From: Candidatus Latescibacterota bacterium
GTDB taxonomy: Bacteria; Krumholzibacteriota; Krumholzibacteriia; WVZY01; JAKEHA01
Length of the DNA stretch: 64,000 bases
Direction of reading: 5' to 3'
Assembly: GCA_963707635.1 (NCBI GenBank)
Contig: OY970173.1
Coordinates: 2,464,001 to 2,528,000 of the forward strand
Part shown: positions 1 through 9,209 of the stretch, piece by piece
Position numbering within the stretch: position 1 is the stretch's first letter
Layout: the number at the start of each line of letters is the position of its first letter
Position numbers and translations under genes: made by a program
Notes under the pieces: model-generated
Seen by the model: the letters and a program-made list of their open reading frames with translations, nothing else
Told to the model about the DNA's origin: nothing
Database searches by the model: none

Positions 1-652
1 TGCGCCGCTCCACGGCCGGGTTGAGCGCGACGAAGTCGTTGATCACGGCCTCCACGCAGGTGCGCACGTCGATCGGCTCGCGCTGGACGTGGAGCACGCC
101 CGTCAGGTCGCGCGTGAGGTCGAGATAGCCGTCGACCATGCGCGCGAGCCGGAGCGTGGCGCGCTGGAGCGCGCTGACGAAGCGGCGTTGCGGGTCGGTG
201 AGCGGCCCGGGTGCGCCGGAGGCCAGCAGGTCGAGCGCGTTGCGCATCGAGGTGAGCGGGTTGCGCAGCTCGTGCGCCACCGCGGCGACGGTCTCGTCGG
301 TCCACAGTTCCCGCGCGAGGCGCTCCGCGGGAGCGTGAAAATGCAGAACCGAAAGCGTGCGCTCCCCCGGGCCCCGCACCGGCTCGACGTCCACCTGGAT
401 CCCGGTCGGTCGTCCGGCGCGGTCCGGCACGGCGATGGCGCGCGCACGCACGCTGCGCTGCACGAACCCCCGGAAGACGCCGGTATCGAGGACCAGGCGG
501 CCCATGACGGTCGTCATGCCCGCGTTCTCGGCGAGACCGAACAGCCGCACCGCCGCCGCGTTGGCGGCGTGGACATCGCCGGTCTCGTCGACCACGATCA
601 GCGGGTCGCGCACCGCGTCGAACACCATGCTCTGAAGACGGGTTGTTTCCAT
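1..652 (-). CDS. PAS-domain sensor histidine kinase (partial, runs off the left edge; not in ORF track)
   Basis: Manual translation from ATG 652 gives METTRLQSMVFDAVRDPLIVVDETGDVHAANAAAVRLFG (PAS start), then VAAVAHELRNPLTSMRNALDLL (HisKA H-box) and LARMVDGYLDL. Confidence 0.88.
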   Translation of the reverse strand, partial: METTRLQSMVFDAVRDPLIVVDETGDVHAANAAAVRLFGLAENAGMTTVMGRLVLDTGVFRGFVQRSVRARAIAVPDRAGRPTGIQVDVEPVRGPGERTLSVLHFHAPAERLARELWTDETVAAVAHELRNPLTSMRNALDLLASGAPGPLTDPQRRFVSALQRATLRLARMVDGYLDLTRDLTGVLHVQREPIDVRTCVEAVINDFVALNPAVERR

Positions 653-702
653 GGAGCGAATGCCTCGCGCCAGCCGGCGTCGAGGCGGTTCACCCGGTGA
701 GG

Positions 703-717
703 GCAAGGGGGGTGCCA
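703..717 (-). promoter_or_regulatory. sigma54 (-24/-12) promoter candidate
   Basis: Minus strand TGGCAC-CCCCC-TTGC matches the consensus TGGCAC-N5-TTGC, about 50 nt upstream of the kinase ATG. Confidence 0.6.
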
Positions 718-851
718 GAGTGGCGCTTTGAGCGCGCAATCGATGTTTTCATAGCTGTTTATGCGCCAGACTTCGGGTCAAGTCTTCAAGTGGGTGGCAG
801 CCGAAGTGGAAGAATCCTGCCCATGCCGCCCGGCTTCCGGCCGGCGGCGGT

Positions 852-2738
852 TCACGATCGGTCGCGCCGATCGCGGGGGCGGCGGCGGCGGTCGCTGCGC
901 GTGTTGCGCCGGTCCCGGTTGGCGGAGATCGGAAACGTAATGGCGAGAATCGTCTTCCAGGACGCCGACGACTTGACCGTGATCTCGCCGGCGTGCCGAT
1001 GCAGGATGTCCCCCGCCAGCGCCATCGTGTCGGCGGGTTCCTGGCCCTGTCCGCGGGGTGCGAACGGGAGGAAGAGACGCGACAACAGGGTGCCGTCCAC
1101 CTTGCCCGCCGTGTCCGCGAACAGCAGCACCGCCTTTTCCGCGGACGCCGTGCACTCGAAGAGAACGCGGTCCCCCTTGCCGACGTGCTCCGCCAGGACG
1201 CGCACCACGCCGTCGAGCGCGCCGCGCACGCTCGCGCGATGCATGAGGAGCGTGGGCCCGTCGTCGGGAATGCGGATCGTCACCTCGACGCCGGCGGCAC
1301 GGAGCTTCGTCGCCCACACCTCCACCGTTTCCTTCGTCAGCGTGAACACGTCGACCAGTTCCAGCTCCGTCGCCGCGACATCCGCTTCGAGACGATACGC
1401 TTCCGCTTCCGCCTCGACGCGGTCCATGATCTCGCGCACGCGCTCGACGCGCTTCTCGAACGCCGAGCGCGAGTCGACCGCCTGGCGGATCTCCTGCGCG
1501 CGGGTGATGAGCGCGTCGTACTGCTCGAGCGCTCGCGCGGCCGCGCGCGACGCCGCCTTCTCGCGGATCCAGTTCGACTGCGCCTCCTCCAGCATGCGCT
1601 CGGAGCGGCGGAGCCGGTCGGCCTTGTAGAGCGAATCGAGCCGTTCCGCCAGCATGCCCGCGCACAGCTCCAGGAAAAGCCGGTCGCGCGCGGTGAATTC
1701 GCGCGGGCCGGTGCCGGCGCCGTCGACCTCGGAATACACGGCGACCGCGCCCAGGCAGTCCCCCCCGGCCAGCAGTGGCAGCGCCACGAAGTGCTGGATC
1801 GCGCCCGCGGCGGCGTCGCTCAAGAGCGCGTGCCCGGAGTCTCCGCGCAGCGGGCGGGTCGAGCCCGCCACCCGGTCGAGAATCTCTTCGAAGGATTCGG
1901 TGATGGAGATGTCGGTGTCGCGATCGGTGTCGTCGACATCGTCGACCGACTTGACGTGGGTGGTCTTGTTGCGCACGAGGTCCTTGAGCAGCACCCCGGT
2001 GCCGCCGGCGGCGCGCGCCATCATCGACAGCATCGCCGATAGACTGTCGCCGAAGCGCCGCGAGTCTTCCGCCGACGCGAGCACGTCCTGGAGCTTGCGC
2101 AGCACCCGGAACTTCCGCGAGTTGTCGGTCGAGTCGAGCAGGCGTTCGATCGCGGTGGCCGCCTGCTGCGACATGCTGTACACGAGCGAGATGTCCTCGA
2201 GGCCGATCGACTCGCCGTCTTCGCCGTTGTCGGCGGCCAGGACCGCGCTGATCCGGCCGCGCACGCGCAACGGAACCGCGACATAGGCGGAGGTCTGAAA
2301 AAAGTCGAAGTAGGGGTCGCTCGCGAACTCGGTCAGGCGCCGGTCGGCCAGCGCGGGCATGCCGCTGTCGACGGCTTTCGCGATGCCGCAGCGCAACCAG
2401 TCCAGCGGGACGGTGAACGCGCGCGCCCGCAGCGTCAGGTCGTTGGTGTCGATCTGCTGGGTGGTGTCGACCACCCGGCGCGCCAGCGCCTCGAACGTGG
2501 CCGGCTCCGCGCCGGGCCCGTCGTCGGACGCGCGCTCGGCGGCGAGATGCCCGCGGACCGACCGGTTGCGCTCGTCGACCACGAAGAAGAACGCGCGCCG
2601 CACGCCGATGGTGCGCCACGCCGTGCAGAAGGCGAGCAGCACTTGCTGGATGCGGGCGACGTTGTCCGCGTCCGGAATGACCTGGATCATGCGGAGCAGC
2701 GAGGAGAGCTCCGCGACGGTGAGCTGGGTTTTTTCCAT
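852..2738 (-). CDS. GAF-GAF protein with degenerate histidine-kinase module (pseudo-kinase) and Arg/Asp-rich tail
   Basis: Two GAF-like segments (YVAVPLRVRGRISAVLAADN; FVALPLLAGGDCLGAVAVYS), HATPase-like remnants (FADTAG, RLFLPF, ILHRHAGEITVKS) and a tail RDRRNTRSDRRRRPRDRR. Confidence 0.75.
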   Translation of the reverse strand: MEKTQLTVAELSSLLRMIQVIPDADNVARIQQVLLAFCTAWRTIGVRRAFFFVVDERNRSVRGHLAAERASDDGPGAEPATFEALARRVVDTTQQIDTNDLTLRARAFTVPLDWLRCGIAKAVDSGMPALADRRLTEFASDPYFDFFQTSAYVAVPLRVRGRISAVLAADNGEDGESIGLEDISLVYSMSQQAATAIERLLDSTDNSRKFRVLRKLQDVLASAEDSRRFGDSLSAMLSMMARAAGGTGVLLKDLVRNKTTHVKSVDDVDDTDRDTDISITESFEEILDRVAGSTRPLRGDSGHALLSDAAAGAIQHFVALPLLAGGDCLGAVAVYSEVDGAGTGPREFTARDRLFLELCAGMLAERLDSLYKADRLRRSERMLEEAQSNWIREKAASRAAARALEQYDALITRAQEIRQAVDSRSAFEKRVERVREIMDRVEAEAEAYRLEADVAATELELVDVFTLTKETVEVWATKLRAAGVEVTIRIPDDGPTLLMHRASVRGALDGVVRVLAEHVGKGDRVLFECTASAEKAVLLFADTAGKVDGTLLSRLFLPFAPRGQGQEPADTMALAGDILHRHAGEITVKSSASWKTILAITFPISANRDRRNTRSDRRRRPRDRRDRS

Positions 2739-2780
2739 GGCAACGCGCGTGTCCGGGAGACGGGAACCGCCCCACGGATC

Positions 2781-2795
2781 GCAAGCTTCGTGCCA
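2781..2795 (-). promoter_or_regulatory. sigma54 (-24/-12) promoter candidate
   Basis: Minus strand TGGCACG-AAGC-TTGC is a near-perfect consensus, about 43 nt upstream of ATG 2738. Confidence 0.7.
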
Positions 2796-2805
2796 CGGAA
2801 GCTGA

Positions 2806-3699
2806 TCAGGCGCGGACGCGGCCGCGGCGGTGGCGCTCGTAGAGCAGGTGGACGATTCCGTCCGAGAGACCCACCTGGGGCACGAAAATGGTGTCGATCC
2901 GGCCCCACTTCATCACGGAGAGGTAAACCTCGGCCGCGTACACGATCACGTCCGCGCGGTCCGGCCGCAACCCCAGCGTCACCACGCGCTCTTCCAGCGA
3001 GTGCGAACGGACCAGCCGGTGGATGTCGCGAACGGTTTCGAACGACAACGGCCGGCCCTGCTTGACGCGCGCCAGCTTGAAAATAGTGTTGATGTTGCCG
3101 CCGCTCCCGATGGCGGTCATGGGTCCGTATTCCTCGCGGTGCTGCTTGATCCATTTCTTCAGCCCGTCCATCGCGCGCTTCACCGGCCGGCCGCGGAGCA
3201 TTCGCACCGTGCCCACCGAGAAGGAACCGTCGCCCACGCGCTTGCCGCGCGCGATCAGCGACACCTCGGTGCTGCCGCCGCCCACGTCCACGTACAGGTA
3301 ATTCTTCTTCGGGTCCAGCCGGTGCTCGATGTGATTCGCGTAGACGACTTCCGCCTCGCGCGAGCCCTCGATGATCTCGATCGTGATCCCCGTCGCCTTG
3401 CGCACGCGTGCGACCACCTCGCGCGAGTTCCTCGCCTCGCGCATGGCGCTGGTCGCGTAGGCGGCAAAGTCCATGGCCGGGTATGCCGCGATGAGGTGCT
3501 TGAAGCCGACCATGGTCTCGACCAGGCGCCCGGCCATCGCGTCCGAGATCGCGCCGGCCCGGAATGCGTCGTCGCCCAGGCGCAACGGCATGCGCACCAG
3601 CACTTCCTTCTTGAAGAGGGGCTCGTCTCCCTCCTCGATCACCCGCGCCAAGAGGAGCCGAACCGCGTTGCTGCCGATGTCGATGGCGGCGAATTTCAC
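2806..3699 (-). CDS. ppx: Ppx/GppA exopolyphosphatase (short form)
   Basis: AAIDIGSNAVRL, ATSAMREA, EGSREA, DVGGGSTE, GLRPDRADVI. Confidence 0.93.
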   Translation of the reverse strand: MKFAAIDIGSNAVRLLLARVIEEGDEPLFKKEVLVRMPLRLGDDAFRAGAISDAMAGRLVETMVGFKHLIAAYPAMDFAAYATSAMREARNSREVVARVRKATGITIEIIEGSREAEVVYANHIEHRLDPKKNYLYVDVGGGSTEVSLIARGKRVGDGSFSVGTVRMLRGRPVKRAMDGLKKWIKQHREEYGPMTAIGSGGNINTIFKLARVKQGRPLSFETVRDIHRLVRSHSLEERVVTLGLRPDRADVIVYAAEVYLSVMKWGRIDTIFVPQVGLSDGIVHLLYERHRRGRVRA

Positions 3700-4478
3700 G
3701 ACTTCCTCCCCGCTGTCCGCCGGCGCCCGCCGCTGGGCGCGCGCGGTTTCCTGGCGGCGGCCGGACCGGCGCCGCGCGACGAACGCGCGCCCCGGACGCG
3801 CGAGGGCTCCACGAACGGCCGCACCGCAGCGGCGACCCGCGCCCCGGCGCGCGCCACCGCCTTGACCACCTCGCGGTTCTCCGCGATTCCCAGCTCGCGG
3901 AGCGCGGCGAACACCGCCGTGCGCACCCGCCGCGCCAGCGCGTCGAGCAATTCCTCCTCGACCCGCTTCTGGTCCGCCGCCGCGGGCGGGCGCTCGAACG
4001 CGGCCAGTTTGCCGCCGCCGCGGCGCACGCCGCGCCAGGCCTTCCTCGGCACGTCGATCACGACGATTCCAGCCTTCGGGATCACGTCGGCGAAACCCGG
4101 AACCAGGAAGGCGGCGAATTCGCTGAAGGACGGGTCGTGACCGAACAGCATCACGCTCGCGCAGGCGTCGTCGAATCCGTTGACGATGCGCTGAAAGTCG
4201 TCCGGCAGCAGTCCGCCGTAGAGCTCTTCGCGCACGACGATGCGGTTGTGGGCGCGGCCGAACCGGTCGGCGAAGGCGCGCGCCGTCTCGATCGCGCGGT
4301 CGGCCGGACTCGAAACCATGAGGTCGGGCGCGCCGGCGAGCGACGCCGCGCGATCCGCCATGATCGCCGCCTCCCGGCGGCCGCGCTTCTTCAGCCGGCG
4401 GTGGAAGTCCGACCCCTTGAACCCGGTATCGACCGCGGTCGCGTGCCGCACCAGCACGATTCTCTTCATCGGTCTCAC
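3696..4478 (-). CDS. sixA: SixA-type histidine phosphatase with C-terminal extension
   Basis: LVRHATA, DFHRRL, SSPADRAIETA, LFGHDP; located in the polyphosphate cluster. Confidence 0.82.
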   Translation of the reverse strand: MRPMKRIVLVRHATAVDTGFKGSDFHRRLKKRGRREAAIMADRAASLAGAPDLMVSSPADRAIETARAFADRFGRAHNRIVVREELYGGLLPDDFQRIVNGFDDACASVMLFGHDPSFSEFAAFLVPGFADVIPKAGIVVIDVPRKAWRGVRRGGGKLAAFERPPAAADQKRVEEELLDALARRVRTAVFAALRELGIAENREVVKAVARAGARVAAAVRPFVEPSRVRGARSSRGAGPAAARKPRAPSGGRRRTAGRKS

Positions 4479-4482
4479 CCCT

Positions 4483-6026
4483 TCATTCGTTTGCGAGCAA
4501 ACCGTCGAACACGCGCCGCGACTTCCGGCCGTCGAGCAACGCCAGGCGGCGCTCGCAGCGCGAACGCAGCCGCACCAGGCGCGCGTCGAGCGCGCCGATG
4601 ATGGCGCCGACGGCGGCTGCCATCAGCGGCGAGTCCATCCCGGCGCCCGCGTCATCGCGCACCAGCGTCGACAGCTGGCGCACCTGCACCGCCGCGTCGT
4701 TGTACTCGCCGAGCGCGTTCTGCACCCGGGCGAGCGACGCGATCGCGTCGTCGACGCCCGGGCCGAGCACGCCGGCGAAGAACTCCAGCAGGTAGCGCAC
4801 CTTCTTGCACTCGATGCGCGCGCGGTGCAGCGCGGCATCGTCGAGCGCTCCCGTCCGCCGCGCGATTCGGCGCAGGCGCGCATAGCGCCGGCGCAGCAGC
4901 GCGCGTCCCGCGTCCGCGGAGCGGGATTCCGCCTCCACGCCGGCCTTCCTGCCGGCGGCGAGCCCGCGCACCTCGCGCTTCCAATCCCGCATCAGGCGCG
5001 CGTGCGAGGGGTGGTCCAGCACGTTCAGCAACGCCTCGCGCGCGTCCTCCCGTTCCCCTTCCACCCGCGCCGAGACCGGTTCGAATCCCCGGCGCAGCGA
5101 CGCCGGCAGCGCGTTCGCGTACTCGTCGTGGCGAGCGAGCTGGACGTCGAGGTCGCGAAGCCGCCCCGTCGCGGCCACCAGGCGCGCGAAACGCGCCCGG
5201 TACTCCCGGGCCACCTCGGGCGTAAACGCGCCGCGAAACTGCGACAGCCCGGTCCGCGTGCGCCGCAACGCCACCCGGTAGTCGTGGAGGAATTCCGGGT
5301 CAATATCGTCGCGCACCCCGGGTTCGTTGCGCCGCATCACCTCCAGCAGGTGGGTGAACACGGCGGCGGCCACGGCGCGCAGCGGCGCGTCCGGCGCGAG
5401 CGTCACGCGCGGCCGGCCGAAATACGGCGGCGAACTCACCGCGGCCACCGCGTACACGCGATCCACGAAACCGCGGCTCGAGCGCCGAAAACCGGCCGCC
5501 GCGAGTGCGTCCGCCGTGGAGCGCAGCGCGCGCCGCGCCCGTCCGGCGCCCGCGACCGGGACGACCGTCAGCGTGCGCACGGATCGCGTCGACCCGCGCC
5601 GCCGCACCCGCGCCGATTGCAGCCGAACCCTCGCCACCACCGCGCCCCGCCGGGACAGCTCCAGCTCCTGCTCCCGCACCGTCGCCCGCGCCACTTCGAG
5701 CAGCGCCCGCGCGCCGATCAATTCCGGCACGCGCGTCGCCAGGTCGCTCCCGGCAAAGTCCCGCGCCTTCGGGGGGCGTTTCCGCCGCGGCTCCGCGCGG
5801 ACCCCACCGCTTCGCCCGTGTTCCGGTCTTCGAGCACCAGCACGTTCGCGTGTGCCACCAGTGCGACGCCCGCCCGCTGCAACCGGCGGTCGAACGTGTC
5901 GAGGAACACCCAGCGCCCCGACCGCCCCGCGACCGACTCGACCGCGAATTCGCCCGCCAGCGCGCGCCGCACGTTCCGCGCGGTCGCGCCGCGCGGCACC
6001 GTGAAAAAGCGAGCGTCCTCACTCAT
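4483..6026 (-). CDS. CHAD-domain polyphosphate-binding protein with CYTH-like N-terminus (one apparent frameshift near 5771-5776)
   Basis: N-part FLDTFDRRL (ORF 5718..6155). C-part DIDPEFLHDYRVALRRTR, RLRDLDV, LHRARIECKKVRYLLEFF, QNALGEYND. Removing one base from the 6-nt homopolymer joins the frames. Confidence 0.88.
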
Positions 6027-8085
6027 CCGAGGCCCGGTGCGCCGCGGCGCGCGCCAGCCACCGGTAGATGTCCACCTGCGCGCGGTGATTGCGTGTTCCC
6101 CGCCGGTACGAGTTGTCCTGCGCGGCACCCAGCACCCGCGCCTTGCTGGTGTCACGCAACTGCAGGTTGAAGTAGTAGCGCAGCTCTTCCTTGATCGCGG
6201 GGTCCAGGATCGGAACCGCCACCTCCACCCGGTAGTCGAGGTTGCGCGTCATCCAGTCCGCCGAGCTCAAATAGCAGCGTTCGTTGCCGTCGTTGCAGAA
6301 GAAGAACACGCGCGAGTGCTCGAGGTAGCGGTCGACGATGCTGATCGCCTCGATGTTGTCGCTCTCCCCGGGCACGCCCGGCACGAGCGAACACACCCCG
6401 CGCACGATGAGCCGCACCTTCACCCCCGCGCGCCCCGCTTCGCACAGGAGTTCGATCATCTCGAGGTCCACCAGCGCGTTCACCTTGGCGTCGATGTACG
6501 CCGCCTTGCCGTTGCGCGCGTTCTTGATCTCGCGCCGCACCAGCTTGCGCAGCTGGCCGCGCATGGCGAACGGCGACACCAGCAGTCGCTCGTACGACTG
6601 CGCGCGGTAGTTCGTCTCCAGGAACTCGAATACCTTCCTGACTTCATCCGTGACGCGGCGGTCGCGCGTGAGCAGGATATGGTCGGTGTACACGCGCGCG
6701 GTGACTTCGTTGAAGTTCCCCGTCCCCACCACGGCGTAGTCGACTTGCTTGCCCTCTTCCTTGCGCGTGATCAGGGCGAGTTTCGCGTGCACCTTGAGTC
6801 CGGGCACGCCGCCGATCAGGCGCGCCCCTTCGTCCTCCAGCTTGCGCGTCCACAGAATGTTCGCCTCCTCGTCGAAGCGCGCCTGCATCTCGAGCAGCAC
6901 GGTGACCTTCTTGCCGTTCCGGGTCGCGTTGATCAGCGCATTCACCACCCGCGAGTCGTTCGCCACGCGGTAGAGCGTCATGCTGATCGAGCGCACCTTC
7001 GGGTCGATCGCCGCCTCGCGCAGCAGATCGATGACGTGGTGGAAGGACTGATAGGGCATGTGCAGCAGCACGTCCTGCTTGCGGACCACGGCCAGCACGC
7101 TGCGCGAACCTTCCAGCGCCGGGTGGTGCAGCGCCGGCTGCGGCTCGTACTCGAACTTCGAGCCGCCGACGTTGGGAAACGACACGAAGTCGCGCGCGTT
7201 GTGGTAGCGGCCGCCGGGGATCGAATTGCCCAGCTTGCCCAGGTCCGCACGCTTCATGATGTAGTCCAGCATGTCCCGGGGGATGTCGCGGTCGTAGACG
7301 AACCGGACCGGCAGCCCCTCTTTGCGCTTCTTGATCGATTTCGAGATCTTCTCCATCAGGCTCATGGTGACGTCGTCGTCGATCTCGACCTCGGCATCGC
7401 GCGTGAGCTTGATTGTGTAGGCGTCCGCGCGCGTGATGTCGAATATGGAGAAGATGTCCTTGAGCCCCCAGCGGATGACGTCGTCGAGCATGATCACGTA
7501 GCGCTTCGCGCCGATCGGGGGCAGCACCAGGAAGCGGGTCAACAGTTCGGTCGACACTTCGATGAGCGCGTGGCGCGGCCGATCACCGCCGCGCCCGGTC
7601 AGCAGCACGGCGAGATAGACCGCGCCGTTCTTGAGGTAGGGAAATGTGCCGAGCGAGTCGAGGATCACCGGCACCAGCGTCGGGCGGACCACCTCTTCGA
7701 AATAGGTCTGGACGAATTCGCTGTGCGCCGGCGTGAGGTTGCGCTCGTCGATGATGAAGATGTTCTCTTTTTCCAGCGCCGCGCGCACCTCGGCGAAAAC
7801 GCTGTCGAAGCGGGCGCGCTGGGCGAGGACGGCCTCGTGGATCTGCTTCAGCACCTTGTGGGGGTTGCCGCCGTACACCACCCGGTTCGACGAGATGCCG
7901 GCGTCGACCATGCGTTGCAGCGTGGCGACGCGGACGCGGAAGAACTCCTCGAGGTTGGCGGAGAAGATGCCGACGAACTTGAGCCGTTCGATCAGCGGCA
8001 CCGACGGGTCGGCCGCCTCCTGGAGCACGCGGTCGTTGAACGAGAGCCAGCTGATCTCGCGGTTGATGAGGTTCGGCCTGGACAT
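6019..8085 (-). CDS. ppk1: Polyphosphate kinase 1
   Basis: INREISWLSFNDRVLQEA, NLEEFFRVRVA, ARFDEEANI, KVHAK, GTGNFNE, SSADWMTRNLDYRVE. Confidence 0.97.
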   Translation of the reverse strand: MSRPNLINREISWLSFNDRVLQEAADPSVPLIERLKFVGIFSANLEEFFRVRVATLQRMVDAGISSNRVVYGGNPHKVLKQIHEAVLAQRARFDSVFAEVRAALEKENIFIIDERNLTPAHSEFVQTYFEEVVRPTLVPVILDSLGTFPYLKNGAVYLAVLLTGRGGDRPRHALIEVSTELLTRFLVLPPIGAKRYVIMLDDVIRWGLKDIFSIFDITRADAYTIKLTRDAEVEIDDDVTMSLMEKISKSIKKRKEGLPVRFVYDRDIPRDMLDYIMKRADLGKLGNSIPGGRYHNARDFVSFPNVGGSKFEYEPQPALHHPALEGSRSVLAVVRKQDVLLHMPYQSFHHVIDLLREAAIDPKVRSISMTLYRVANDSRVVNALINATRNGKKVTVLLEMQARFDEEANILWTRKLEDEGARLIGGVPGLKVHAKLALITRKEEGKQVDYAVVGTGNFNEVTARVYTDHILLTRDRRVTDEVRKVFEFLETNYRAQSYERLLVSPFAMRGQLRKLVRREIKNARNGKAAYIDAKVNALVDLEMIELLCEAGRAGVKVRLIVRGVCSLVPGVPGESDNIEAISIVDRYLEHSRVFFFCNDGNERCYLSSADWMTRNLDYRVEVAVPILDPAIKEELRYYFNLQLRDTSKARVLGAAQDNSYRRGTRNHRAQVDIYRWLARAAAHRASDE

Positions 8086-8192
8086 AGGATCGAACGGGCG
8101 TATCGAACGGGCGGGTGGGCGGGCGGACACGCTATGGCCGGCCCCCGTCTCGCGCGCCAGACGCGCCCACGGTTGCGACCGAACCGAGTTGG

Positions 8193-8221
8193 ACTCTACC
8201 CCAGAAGTGTCAGAGTGTCAA
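8193..8221 (-). promoter_or_regulatory. sigma70-type promoter candidate for the ppk1 operon
   Basis: TTGACA-N17-TAGAGT on the minus strand, overlapping a direct repeat TGACACT-c-TGACACT. Confidence 0.5.
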
Positions 8222-8231
8222 GCGGTTGTCT

Positions 8232-9209
8232 TCAGCGGGGGTATCCGCGCGGGTGCGCGAGGCGCCACTCCAGCGCCGACGCGATGATGGACTCCAGGGC
8301 ACTCGCGCGCGGCGTCCACCCGAGCACCTCCCGGGCGAGGCGCGAGGACGCGACCAGTGCCGGGGGGTCGCCGGGGCGCCGCGGGCCCACCTCCCGGCGG
8401 ACCGGTCGTCCCGTGACGCGCTCGGTCTCGTGAATGACTTCGAGCACGGTGAAGCCGGACTCGCTGCCGAGGTTCAAGGCCCCGCCGAATCCCCGCGCGA
8501 GCGCGTCGAGCGCACGCACGTGCGCGTCGGCCAGGTCGACGACGTGGACGTAGTCGCGCAGGCAGGTCCCGTCGCGGGTCGGGTAGTCGCCGCCGAACAC
8601 GGTGACGCTCGCGCGCGTCCCGAGAGCGGCGTCGAGGACGATCGGAATCAGGTGCGACTCGGGGCGGTGATCCTCGCCGAGCGTCCCGCTCGCCCCGCCC
8701 GCGTTGAAGTAGCGCAGCGCCACGTAGTCGAGCTTGCCCGCCGCGCGCGACGCCTCGAGCACGCGCTCGACCATCAGCTTCGAGCGGCCGTAGGGATTCT
8801 CCGGCTGGCAGGTGGCGGTTTCTTCGATGGGGAGCGCGGCCGGGGTCCCGTACACCGCCGCGGTCGACGAAAACACGAAGCGGCGCACGCCCGCGCGCCC
8901 CATCGCGCGCAGCACCTGCAGGGAACCCCCGACGTTGTTGTCGAAATACTCGAGCGGTCGCTGCACCGACTCGCCGACGACGCTGGAGGCGGCGAAATGC
9001 AGCACCGCGTCGACGGACGCGTCGATCGTGCCCGCGAGGGTCGCGTCGTCGCGCACGTCGCCTTCGACGAACCGGCACCCGGACGGGATCGCGTCCCGGT
9101 GTCCGGTGGAAAGGTTGTCGACGACGACGACCTCGTGGCCGTCCGCCACGAGCCGCTGCGCGACCACCGACCCCACGTATCCGGCGCCGCCGGTGACGCA
9201 CAGCTTCAC
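8232..9209 (-). CDS. galE: UDP-glucose 4-epimerase
   Basis: VTGGAGYVGS, FSSTAAVYG, PYGRSK, LRYFNAGGA, DGTCLRDYVHV. Confidence 0.95.
   Translation of the reverse strand: MKLCVTGGAGYVGSVVAQRLVADGHEVVVVDNLSTGHRDAIPSGCRFVEGDVRDDATLAGTIDASVDAVLHFAASSVVGESVQRPLEYFDNNVGGSLQVLRAMGRAGVRRFVFSSTAAVYGTPAALPIEETATCQPENPYGRSKLMVERVLEASRAAGKLDYVALRYFNAGGASGTLGEDHRPESHLIPIVLDAALGTRASVTVFGGDYPTRDGTCLRDYVHVVDLADAHVRALDALARGFGGALNLGSESGFTVLEVIHETERVTGRPVRREVGPRRPGDPPALVASSRLAREVLGWTPRASALESIIASALEWRLAHPRGYPR

Noticed and set aside
5765..5780. Programmed frameshift or phase variation in the CHAD gene
   Set aside because: The homopolymer is only 6 nt, and similar indels occur in unrelated genes, so error is more parsimonious.
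8206..8220. PHO box upstream of ppk1 (TGTCA twice)
   Set aside because: The repeat period is 8 nt rather than the canonical 11 nt, and one copy is simply the -35 hexamer.
4240..8433. Long plus-strand ORFs (e.g. 4240..8433, 33067..37221, 41138..45991, 13045..15438)
   Set aside because: They are antisense shadows of well-supported minus-strand genes in high-GC DNA, with Arg/Ala-rich translations and no motifs.
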